Part shown: piece by piece, positions 19,838 through 28,427 of the stretch
Position numbering within the stretch: position 1 is the stretch's first letter
How the letters are laid out: each line of letters opens with the position of its first letter
Assembly: GCA_965198125.1 (NCBI GenBank)
Contig: CBDAOQ010000003.1
Span: forward strand, 439,890 to 503,889
DNA from: Candidatus Versatilivorator sp.
GTDB taxonomy: Bacteria; Acidobacteriota; Terriglobia; Versatilivoradales; Versatilivoraceae
Direction: 5' to 3'
Length of the DNA: 64,000 nt
Program-made: the position numbers and the translations under genes
Notes under the pieces: generated by a model
Database searches by the model: none
Told to the model about the DNA's origin: nothing
Seen by the model: only the letters and a program-made list of their open reading frames with translations

Positions 19838-21504
19838 ATGAGACGAAGACGGTTCCTCAAGACAGTCGGCGGCAGCCTGTTGGCCGCCCCCTGGATGGGA
19901 GGCTTGGCCTCGCCCTTTCCGAATCCAGGCTGGAGCCAACCCCTTCCTGCCGGCCATAAAGTCCGCCGCATGCTGTCCAACCACGACGGCGCCATCATGG
20001 GGAGCGACCCTCCGCTCACCGCCGAGCACTTCCGCCAGGTGGTCAGGAGCTACCAGGGAACCCCGGTAGACACCATCTGCTTTTGTCTGGGCGACCGCGA
20101 GGTCTACCACTACGAGACCGAAGTCGCCGAGGTTATCGGCCGCCGGCACGGAACCTTCAAGAGCGACTGGGACTGGCGCGTCTATGAGAATACCCGGCGG
20201 CTCATTGAATCGGGCAAGGGCCCCCTGGCCACCTTTGCCGAGGTGTGCCGGGAGGAAGGCATGGGCCTGTTCGGCTCCTTCCGAATGAACAGCCACTACG
20301 GCGTGGATCCCGCCTCCCCCCACCATAGCGAGTTCCGGCTCAAGCACCCCCAATGGCTGATCGGGCACCCCGCCGGCTATTCCAAGGAGAGCAAGGAATT
20401 TGGAATCCGAATGGGCTTGAACTACGCCATCCCGGAAGTTCGCGAGCACATGGCGGCCACCATCACGGAGGTCTTCACCCGATTCCGGGTGGACGGCGTG
20501 GAACTGGACTTCATGCGGCACCCGGCCTTTTTCAAGCTGCACGAAGCGGTGGAGAATCACCACCACATGACCGACATGCTGCGGCACATCAAACGGCGGA
20601 GGGACGAGGTCAGCCGGGAGACCGACCGGAAGATCGAACTGGCGATGCGGGTGCCGCCGACCTTCGCCGATGCCTGCGGGTGGGACTGGACGTGCGTACC
20701 TGGATGCGGGAGGGCCTGGTGGACCTTCTCATCGCGGGAGGCGGGTTCATTCCCTTCGACATGCCCTTCGAGTCGTTCGTGGAGGCGGCCCGCGGCACCG
20801 AATGCCGGGTCTTGGGCGGACTGGAGCTGCTCCGCTACATGAGCGGACCCACTGCCGACCTGGACATCACTCGAGCCATCGCCATGCGTTTCTGGCAGGG
20901 TGGGGCCGACGGACTTCAGTTGTTCAACTATTTCGCCCAACCGACGGATTGGAAGCGGCAATTGTTCCAGGAAATCGGCGACCCTGAGCGGCTGTCCTCT
21001 CTGGACAAACGCTACCAGATGGACAAGCGGCGCTGGTTCCCCGGCGGATGGAACAACCACGGCGCCGCCTTTTCATCGGCGGTGCCGGCGGTGCAGCTCC
21101 CGGTAGACCTCACCGAGACGCCGCCCGGAGGCGGCCCCCGCCTGCGATTCAGGATTTCCGATGACCTGGAATCGGCCACGCGCAAGGGCATCCTGGACAG
21201 CGTCATACTGCGGCTGCTGTTCGAGAACCGCACTCTCCAGGACCAGGTCGAGGTCCATCTCAACGGGGAACGCCTGCCCGACAAGCAGCCCGGCACCTTC
21301 GACCTGGTCTCCTACTGGAACAGGACTCGCGGTCCTTACCGGGGAGAGTATCTGACGGGGACCCTGGAATACGACGTCGCCTGCCCGCCCCTGAAACAGG
21401 GAATCAACGTCATCCAGGTTCGACTGGTGAAACGCACCCCCAACCTGACCGCGCCCCTGAGACTGGGCCTGGTGGAGGCGTCGGTCAACTACAAGTCCGG
21501 TTGA
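19838..21504 (+). pseudogene. Tat-signal TIM-barrel glycoside-hydrolase-like protein, paralog 4, interrupted by a single-base frameshift near 20665-20690
   Basis: The N-terminal part (19838-20842 frame, DGVELDFMRHPAFF) and the C-terminal part (20353-21504 frame, …GLDVRTWMREGLVDLLIAGG…, ADGLQLFNYF) align end-to-end with the other paralogs. The frame switches at the GGG run in gcctgcgggtgggactgg. Either a true pseudogene or an indel error. Confidence 0.65.
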
Positions 21505-21523
21505 TCGGGGAATAGGAGACGTC

Positions 21524-22903
21524 ATGGCTCTCACTCACCGGCGCGGTTTTCTTCTTCAGTCCGGGTTGGCCGCGGCCGGCCTGCCCTTCTGGTCGTCGCC
21601 GCTGTTTTCGCAGTTGGCCCGCAAGATCAGGATCACCGAGATCGAAGCCCACGAGATCCTTCCCCCCTACCACGACTACCATGCCGAGTGGCTGTTTCGC
21701 TACCAGGGGCTGCACAGCCGGTTGCGGACCATCTACATCGTCAAGACCGATGCGGGCATCGAGGGCTACGGGGAGAATTGGGGGTCTCCCTGGAGTGACT
21801 TCAAAGACTTTCTGGGCACCACTCCCTTCGACTGGATCAACGACCCTCGGAACCTGCCCATGAACATGGCGGTCTACGACCTGATGGGCAAGGCTCTGAG
21901 GCTGCCGGCCTGGAAACTGATCGGGCCTCGGGTGCGGTCCTGGGTCCCCATCGCCGCCTGGACGATGTCGCAACCTCCCCGGCAGATGGCGGAAGAAGTC
22001 AGGCAACTGTCGAAACGCGGTTATCGCTGGATGAAATACCACGTGGACGTCCTGCAGAACGTGGTCGATCAGACTGCCGCCATGCAGGAGGTGGCCCCCC
22101 GGGGATTTCGAGTCCACTACGACTTCAACGAGGATTCCAACTTCGAAGCCGTCTATCCGGTCTTGAAGGAGCTGGAACGATTTCCCATTGCGGGGCGGAT
22201 CGAAGACCCCATCCGATCCATCGACCAGGACGGCTATCGGCTGCTTCGCGAAAAGTGCGCCATTCCGATCATGATTCACCATGGCCCGGCCGACGTCTTC
22301 ATGCGCAAGGGGCTTTCCGACGGGTTCATGTCCAGCCACGCGGGGGTCGGCTCAGCCATGAAACTGGCGGCCATGGCGGAAAGCACCAACACTCCCTTCC
22401 TGCTGCAGATGGCCGGCGGCACCATCAACCAGGCCTTCCTGGCGCATCAAGCGTCCGTCTTTCCCATGGCTACCCTGGCTCATATAGACCTGTGCAACGT
22501 CTGGGCGGAAGACGTGACCGTAGAAGCCATGCCGGTGGTGGGCGGCAGCGTGGCGGTTCCGAGGGGGCCCGGTCTGGGGGTGCGTATAGACCGGAAGAAG
22601 CTGGAGCGGCTGGCCCAAGCGCCTCGACCCAAACAGACACGCTTCCTGGTCAGGGTGCGCTACCGTCCGGAGCCGCACCTCTATTTCCGTTACGACCCCG
22701 ATGCCGAGGGCGCCAACATCAAGTTCCTGAGTCCGCCGGGATTCGGGCGGCGGTACTCCGGACACGGTCCCCACGTGCCGGGACCGGTCCCTGGCTATGC
22801 CAATCCGGTGGAGACCGACTTCTGGGATGAAGTGGGCACGGCGGAGTTCGAACGGATGTGGAAACGGACCGAAGCCGGCCCCGTCTGGACGCAGGGGTCG
22901 TAG
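21524..22903 (+). CDS. Enolase-superfamily (MR/MLE-like) protein with Tat-type N-terminal extension, paralog 2
   Basis: MALTHRRGFLLQSGLAAAGLPFW Tat-like leader. There is no internal Met before the conserved KIRITEIEAHE core. About 70% identical to paralog 1. Confidence 0.75.
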   Translation: MALTHRRGFLLQSGLAAAGLPFWSSPLFSQLARKIRITEIEAHEILPPYHDYHAEWLFRYQGLHSRLRTIYIVKTDAGIEGYGENWGSPWSDFKDFLGTTPFDWINDPRNLPMNMAVYDLMGKALRLPAWKLIGPRVRSWVPIAAWTMSQPPRQMAEEVRQLSKRGYRWMKYHVDVLQNVVDQTAAMQEVAPRGFRVHYDFNEDSNFEAVYPVLKELERFPIAGRIEDPIRSIDQDGYRLLREKCAIPIMIHHGPADVFMRKGLSDGFMSSHAGVGSAMKLAAMAESTNTPFLLQMAGGTINQAFLAHQASVFPMATLAHIDLCNVWAEDVTVEAMPVVGGSVAVPRGPGLGVRIDRKKLERLAQAPRPKQTRFLVRVRYRPEPHLYFRYDPDAEGANIKFLSPPGFGRRYSGHGPHVPGPVPGYANPVETDFWDEVGTAEFERMWKRTEAGPVWTQGS

Positions 22904-22910
22904 CGGATAG

Positions 22911-23055
22911 TGGAGAGTGAAGAGTGGTCAGCCGAGGGCTTCGGGAACAGGCAAGCGCCTGATGACCTGACTTATTTGAAGGACTGCGCCGAGACCGACG
23001 AGATGCTTTGCGTGTCGATCAAATAGCTCTTCACTCTTCACTCTCCACTCTCCAC
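22911..23055. repeat. MITE family E copy (~145 bp) with TIR GTGGAGAGTGAAGAGTGG
   Basis: Ends at 22911-22928 and, inverted, at 23027-23055. A partial reverse copy lies at 51322-51447. Confidence 0.6.
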
Positions 23056-23139
23056 TATTCACTTTTCACCTAGGCGCGCCGCCGTCCCATACGACGGGGC
23101 GGCTCATACGGGCGAAACCGGGGTGCTCCAGGAAAGTGG

Positions 23140-24387
23140 TCAGAATCGTCCCAGGCTGAGCGGCTCCAAAGGCAGGGACAGCGGTTCCCGGCAGATCATC
23201 TCGGCCATCAGTTTGCCGCTGATGGGGCCGTGGGTGTACCCCAGCATGGCATGACCGGTGGAGAGGTACACGTGAGGATGGCGGGGTAGCCGGTCGATGA
23301 TGGGAAGCCCGTCCGGCGTACAGGGGCGCAAGCCGCACCAGTGTTCGACGTTGCCGGGGTTGGCGGCCCCCGCGATCACCTCCAGGGCTCCCCGCTGAAT
23401 GGCCTCGGTGCGGGTTGGGTTCAAGCTCAGATCGATTCCGGCAAACTCCATGGTCCCCGCAAACCGCAGGCGATTGCCGATGGGGGTCACCCCCACTTTT
23501 CTTTCCACGTGGATCAAGGGAATCTCCGGGCTCACCGCCGGCCGGTCCATGGTCAGGCTGTACCCCTTTCCAGCCTGGACCGGGACCCGGACTCCAAGCT
23601 GACGGGCCAGCAGAGGTGTCCAGGAACCCATGGCCAGGACGATTTCGCGGGCGCGGAAGTTTCCCTGGCTGGTTCGGACTCCGGCAGGTCGTCCTCCCTC
23701 CAGCAACCACCCCGTCACCTCGGTACCGGTCCTGACGGCCACCCCGAGCTTCCTGACGGCTTCTCCCAGGCCGGTGACGAATCGATAGGAGCTGCCATGG
23801 GCGTCCTCGGCGGAATAGAGAGCGCCCACCACCCTCCGATTGAGCGCGGGCTCCAGTTCCCGGGCCTGGTCTCCCGTCAGAACCTTGAGATCCAGGCCGT
23901 GCCTGGCCATGATCTCGGCCTCCTGCCTTCCTTCTTCCAGTCCGGCCGCCGTGGTGTAGACACTCATCAACCCCCGCTGCTTGAAGTCGAATCTCAGGCC
24001 TTCAGAGGCGGCCAGCTCTCGAAACAAGAGCAGGCTGGCGCGCCCCAGGTCCCGCAGAACGGGGATGGCTCGTTCCATGGGCCGCCGGCGGCAAGAGGCG
24101 GCGAACTGCAGCAGCCAGGAAAGGAGTTGCCAGTCCACCCGGGGTCGGATCAACAAGGGACTGTCTTCCTTGAGCATCCACTTCAGGGACTTGCCGATGA
24201 CTCCCGGCGCCGGGACAGGCATGGCGTGGCTGGACACGATCATGCAGGCGTTGCCATAGGAGCAGCCTGAGCAGATCTCCCCCTTCTCGATCAAAGTGAC
24301 CCGGCAGCCCCTTTTGGACAGGTAGTAGGCCGTGCAGACCCCCACCGATCCCCCACCAATCACCAGGACATCCGATTCTTCCGCCAT
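23140..24387 (-). CDS. FAD-dependent oxidoreductase, D-amino-acid dehydrogenase (DadA)-like
   Basis: VLVIGGGSVGVCTAYYLSKRG FAD-binding N-terminus. About 415 aa with DAO-family layout. Confidence 0.8.
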   Translation of the reverse strand: MAEESDVLVIGGGSVGVCTAYYLSKRGCRVTLIEKGEICSGCSYGNACMIVSSHAMPVPAPGVIGKSLKWMLKEDSPLLIRPRVDWQLLSWLLQFAASCRRRPMERAIPVLRDLGRASLLLFRELAASEGLRFDFKQRGLMSVYTTAAGLEEGRQEAEIMARHGLDLKVLTGDQARELEPALNRRVVGALYSAEDAHGSSYRFVTGLGEAVRKLGVAVRTGTEVTGWLLEGGRPAGVRTSQGNFRAREIVLAMGSWTPLLARQLGVRVPVQAGKGYSLTMDRPAVSPEIPLIHVERKVGVTPIGNRLRFAGTMEFAGIDLSLNPTRTEAIQRGALEVIAGAANPGNVEHWCGLRPCTPDGLPIIDRLPRHPHVYLSTGHAMLGYTHGPISGKLMAEMICREPLSLPLEPLSLGRF

Positions 24388-24547
24388 CGCCTCGACCTGA
24401 CCAAAATAGGCGGCCTTCTACACCTGACTGCCGGCATTCGGCATGATCATCTAACTTGCAAGTCCATCGACTCACAAAGTATTCATTATAGAGAGGCACC
24501 TAAATGGTGTACACTTCAGTGCTGGATAAGGAGGGCAGGACACGATT

Positions 24548-24835
24548 ATGGCTCACGCAAACGTAACCAAGACGGAGAGGATCAATCTACGGCTCAACGA
24601 AGTGACGAAGCGGAGGATCGAACGAGCCGCTTCATTTGAGGGAAAAACCGTTAGCGGATTTATTGTGTCCAGCGCGCTGAGCTACGCTGAGAAGACCATT
24701 CAAATACACGAAACGATGGCCCTCAACCGACGTGATGCCATGCGTTTCTTCGATGCCATCGTGAATCCGCCGGCTCTGAACGACAAACTCAGCACGGCCA
24801 TGGGGGAACACGGAAAGCGCGTTGTCTCGCGATGA
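24548..24835 (+). CDS. Type II antitoxin, DUF1778 / ribbon-helix-helix (TacA-like)
   Basis: 95 aa with RINLRLNEVTKRRIERAASFEGKTVSGFIVSSAL, the DUF1778 signature. It overlaps the downstream GNAT gene by 4 bp. Local GC is visibly lower than surroundings. Confidence 0.8.
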   Translation: MAHANVTKTERINLRLNEVTKRRIERAASFEGKTVSGFIVSSALSYAEKTIQIHETMALNRRDAMRFFDAIVNPPALNDKLSTAMGEHGKRVVSR

Positions 24836-25335
24836 CTGAGCCGGACACACTCGTGATCGAGCCGCTCGGGAAGCATCATGACCGAACGGTTTTTTCTTGC
24901 GGACTTCCAGAACTGGACCGGTACCTTGCACGTCAGGCTGGTCAGGATGTGCGGCGTCGTATCGCCAGGGTGTTTGTCTGCACCGCCAAGGATTCCGATA
25001 CTGTCCTTGGTTATTACACGCTGAGCGCCCTTGCGGTAGACCTGCGCACCCTACCCAAAGAATTGTCTCGAAAGCTCCCCCGGCATCCCGTGCCCTGCGC
25101 CCTCATCGGTCGACTCGCCGTCGATCGGTCGGTTCGAGGGCACGGCTTGGGTCGCATGCTTCTCGTCGATGCGATCAAGCGAACCAAGGGCGCCAGTGAC
25201 ATCATGGGTATCCACGCCGTCGTCGTGGACGCCAAAAACAATACGGCGAGACAATTCTACGAGGGATTCGGTTTCATCCCTTTGCAGCAATACCCCATGA
25301 GGCTGTTTCTGCCGCTCGGCCCCATCCACCTGTAG
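24832..25335 (+). CDS. Type II toxin, GNAT acetyltransferase (TacT/AtaT-like)
   Basis: 167 aa with GYYTLSALAVDL…LIGRLAVDRSVRGHGLGRMLL, the GNAT acetyl-CoA motif seen in TacT-type toxins. Paired with the DUF1778 gene. Confidence 0.8.
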   Translation: MTEPDTLVIEPLGKHHDRTVFSCGLPELDRYLARQAGQDVRRRIARVFVCTAKDSDTVLGYYTLSALAVDLRTLPKELSRKLPRHPVPCALIGRLAVDRSVRGHGLGRMLLVDAIKRTKGASDIMGIHAVVVDAKNNTARQFYEGFGFIPLQQYPMRLFLPLGPIHL

Positions 25336-25420
25336 GATTCCGCTTCAAATTGACATCCGAGTTCGGCTTACGAGCAAATGATCGAGGCTGCGTCTCGGAA
25401 CGTCAACCAAACCGGCCCGC

Positions 25421-27160
25421 TCAGGGACGAGAAAGTGCGGCGCGGCTGATGGTCCGGGTCTCGGACATTCTGGTGACCAGTTCCACCCGCCTGATCCTCA
25501 GGGGCTTGTCTGAACCGGCCCCCCGGTAGTTCAGTTGAATGGACACCTGGTTCCGGCCACTCTTGAGGGCCGCGATGGGGACCGGAAACCGCAAGGCCTT
25601 GAAATGCATGTCGAAGGGTTTGTCGGCAGGAAATCCGATCATGCCGTTACCCGGCAAGGGGTCGATGCGGTAACCCACGTTTTCCCAGCGGGAAGTCACA
25701 TCGACTCCCGCGGGCTCCAGCACCGTGGTATCCACCGAAACCGTCAAACGATCCCCCGGCATGGAATAATCCATCGCCATCCAGAGCTCGGCCGTCTTGG
25801 GCTTGCTGGTCTTGAAGTCGTCGGCCACCGGCATGTGAAGCGATTTGGCTCCATCGGCCACGTTCAAATTGAAGGGGACCGGAGCACCCTTGGAAACCGT
25901 GTTGTAGCGCACATAGTCGGCGCCGGGGGCCCGGGGGCTGGCTTCGAACCGCTGAACGGCCGTGTAGTGCTTGTCCTTCCTCCTCATCCGTTTGGGATCG
26001 GCGATCTCATTCAGCAGGTGCTTCCGCCAACTCCCGTAGAGAAACCAGTTGAAGGTGTAAAGACCATCGGCGCCGTCTCGCCACAGGTTGGCGGCGCTCC
26101 CTCGAATGACCTCATCCGGACTGACGCGGTAGCTGTTCCCGTAACTGTAGAGACTGGGATAGATGGGGAGCTGGCGCGACTTCATCAGGCCTCGAAACTC
26201 GCTGAGCGTCGGCAACTCGGTCAACCCCTGCCCCAGGATCAGCATGTCTGCCAGATCCTCGTCGATCCACTTTTCAATTTCAAAGCCGCCGAGCTGGCAC
26301 CATTCGATCTTCTCCGGGATGCGGACGGCAATCTCGATGGGCCGGCCCCGGCGGCTGGCCTTCTGATTGAGGCTCTTCCGGATGGCGCGCATGAACTCGG
26401 TCAGGTATTTTCCGTTCTCTCGCTCGGTGCCCCGTTGGAAGTAGAGCGAGTGCCGCAACCAGTCCAGCTCGATGCCGTCGAAATCCCAGCGATCGAAAAA
26501 CTCCTCGGCCACTTTGAGCTTCAGGGCCCGGACTCTGGGATGAGCGAAGTTCAGGGCCGTCCACCAGTCGAGATCGTCTACCAGCCAGTCGGGATTGATC
26601 CGCTTGAAGGTGGGCAGTTCCGGGTTGGGCAAGGTGCCTCTGGCGTGCTGACCGTCGTGGGTGTCATTCATCCTGAGGGAAACGAACGCGTCCAGACCTC
26701 GCTTGCGGCACTCCTCCACGATCACCGCGGGAGGATTGTGGCCGGCGTCCGCCAGGCTCTTGGGGTTGAGATACTGGTCCTTGGGGTCGACTTCGACCCC
26801 GCCGTGCCAGGTCTTGCTCTCCGGGAACTTGAACCGGTCCGCCTCACCCGGCCACTCCAGCACGTTGCTCTGGTATTCGGCCACGTTGCCGCTGCCGAAA
26901 CTGAACATCAGGGTGTCCACGCCGGTGTTGTCAATCGGAGTGAAGACCAGAGAGGTGAACTGCTCCCGTGTGAGGGGGCCATAGGAATGGGGCAGGGCGG
27001 TTCGGCCCCAGCAATGAATCGTGGACCCATCCCAATTGAACAGAAGCCGCCGTTTTTTGCCGGCGGCTCCAGCCCGCTTGGGCTTGGCCCCGGCATGCAA
27101 CAACTGAGCGAGTCCACCCGCTCCGACAATCATGAAGCTCCGTCTGGTGATCGATTGCAT
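25421..27160 (-). CDS. Tat-signal TIM-barrel glycoside-hydrolase-like protein, paralog 5 (most divergent)
   Basis: MQSITRRSFMIVGAGGLAQ Tat motif. Shares FVSLRMNDTHD, DGIELDWLRHSLYF and ADGLYTFNWFLYG with paralogs 1-4. Confidence 0.7.
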   Translation of the reverse strand: MQSITRRSFMIVGAGGLAQLLHAGAKPKRAGAAGKKRRLLFNWDGSTIHCWGRTALPHSYGPLTREQFTSLVFTPIDNTGVDTLMFSFGSGNVAEYQSNVLEWPGEADRFKFPESKTWHGGVEVDPKDQYLNPKSLADAGHNPPAVIVEECRKRGLDAFVSLRMNDTHDGQHARGTLPNPELPTFKRINPDWLVDDLDWWTALNFAHPRVRALKLKVAEEFFDRWDFDGIELDWLRHSLYFQRGTERENGKYLTEFMRAIRKSLNQKASRRGRPIEIAVRIPEKIEWCQLGGFEIEKWIDEDLADMLILGQGLTELPTLSEFRGLMKSRQLPIYPSLYSYGNSYRVSPDEVIRGSAANLWRDGADGLYTFNWFLYGSWRKHLLNEIADPKRMRRKDKHYTAVQRFEASPRAPGADYVRYNTVSKGAPVPFNLNVADGAKSLHMPVADDFKTSKPKTAELWMAMDYSMPGDRLTVSVDTTVLEPAGVDVTSRWENVGYRIDPLPGNGMIGFPADKPFDMHFKALRFPVPIAALKSGRNQVSIQLNYRGAGSDKPLRIRRVELVTRMSETRTISRAALSRP

Positions 27161-27947
27161 CCTGATTTCCCCCGGCTATTTTGCTTTTTACTGAATTTTT
27201 ACTGAATGGATCCCTGGAATGATAGCAAGTCATCGGCCGAAAAGATAGATCCCGCGCAAGGTTTCCTCTGCGCCGGGCCGGCAGCTCCCGAAAGGAGTTA
27301 TCCACGAAGGGGCACGAAGGACCGCGAAGGGACACGAAGAAAGACTAAAAGAAAACGAGCTTCTTCGCCGACAAGCGGCGGCGGCACGGGGTTTGCACGA
27401 CCCCGGGCGCCAGCTTCTCCGCGCAAGCGGGGGCGGACGACCCGTTTCAGATCGACCCCTGCCGTCCTTTGCGAATCAGGGAAAGAACCAGATCGAATCC
27501 GTACCAGGTGGCCAGGAAAGCCAGGCACTCGAGGCTGAAGCTCTGGAACTTGTAGAAAACCTCGGCCACGATCAGCGCTCCACCGGCCGCGGGAAGCTGC
27601 TCCAATGCGATTCGGGAAAGAGGAAGGGAGTGTAGCAGGGTATACATGGCGGATCTGACTCCTCGTCAGTCAAAGGCCCGGCAGTGGTGCCCCATGGAAG
27701 GGGACCATCCGGCTGCTATCTCTGATGCCCCGGGAAACGCCTTCAAGGCTCCGTAGGTTCCTCCGGTGCAGCAAAGTGAGTTCCTTCACAGGGGGATGCC
27801 GTCCCTGGAGTCTTGCCGGACCGGACCCCAAGGATCAAAATTAGCCTATCATACCATTGCCGCAAAAGCGGCAAGCCCCGCCGCCAACGCGCCGCTGCCC
27901 GTGCCTTTGATGGTCACTTACGGGGCGCCGCGTTTGCCCCCCTCCGG

Positions 27948-28378
27948 CTCGACTGCGGGCTCCGCCCTCTCGCCGACTCCCCCTCAAGGGGGGAGTGATT
28001 CTTGAGCACTGAACCAAGCTTCTTGCCCGATTCCTTGGCATGATGTAAACCATGTTCCCGGTCTTATGTGTGGTCGAACGCTTCCTGGGAGCGCGGGCGT
28101 CCCGCCCGCACAATGACTGGCACGGCCTCGGGAATCTCCTCCACCTGGATCGACCGGCAGCGGCGCCCTGGCTCTCCTTCGTCCTGGCCGTTGTGGTTAC
28201 TGCCGACGTAGTGGCTGCCTGCAAAGCCGCGCGGAAACTCAGCGACCACCATAAGCAACAGCATGCGGGCGGGACGCCCGCGCTCCCAGGAGATGCCCAT
28301 CACTCCCCCCTGGAGAGGGAGTCGCAGAAGCCGAGCCGCCAGGCGAAGGCTGATGCGGTGGGGGGTGGACGCCGGGCC
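27948..28378. repeat. Composite MITE-like element D copy 2 (the IS-free 'empty' form) containing a nested MITE-A copy (28084-28290)
   Basis: Same ~70 bp ends as 5135-6985. Internal solo IS-TIR-like TGTAAACCATGTTCCCGGTCTTATGTGTGG, then a complete family-A element. No transposase. Confidence 0.65.
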
Positions 28379-28427
28379 GCCAGGCTGCGCCGCACGGCCA
28401 CGTCAGGTCCCTTCAGCACCGTCCGGA

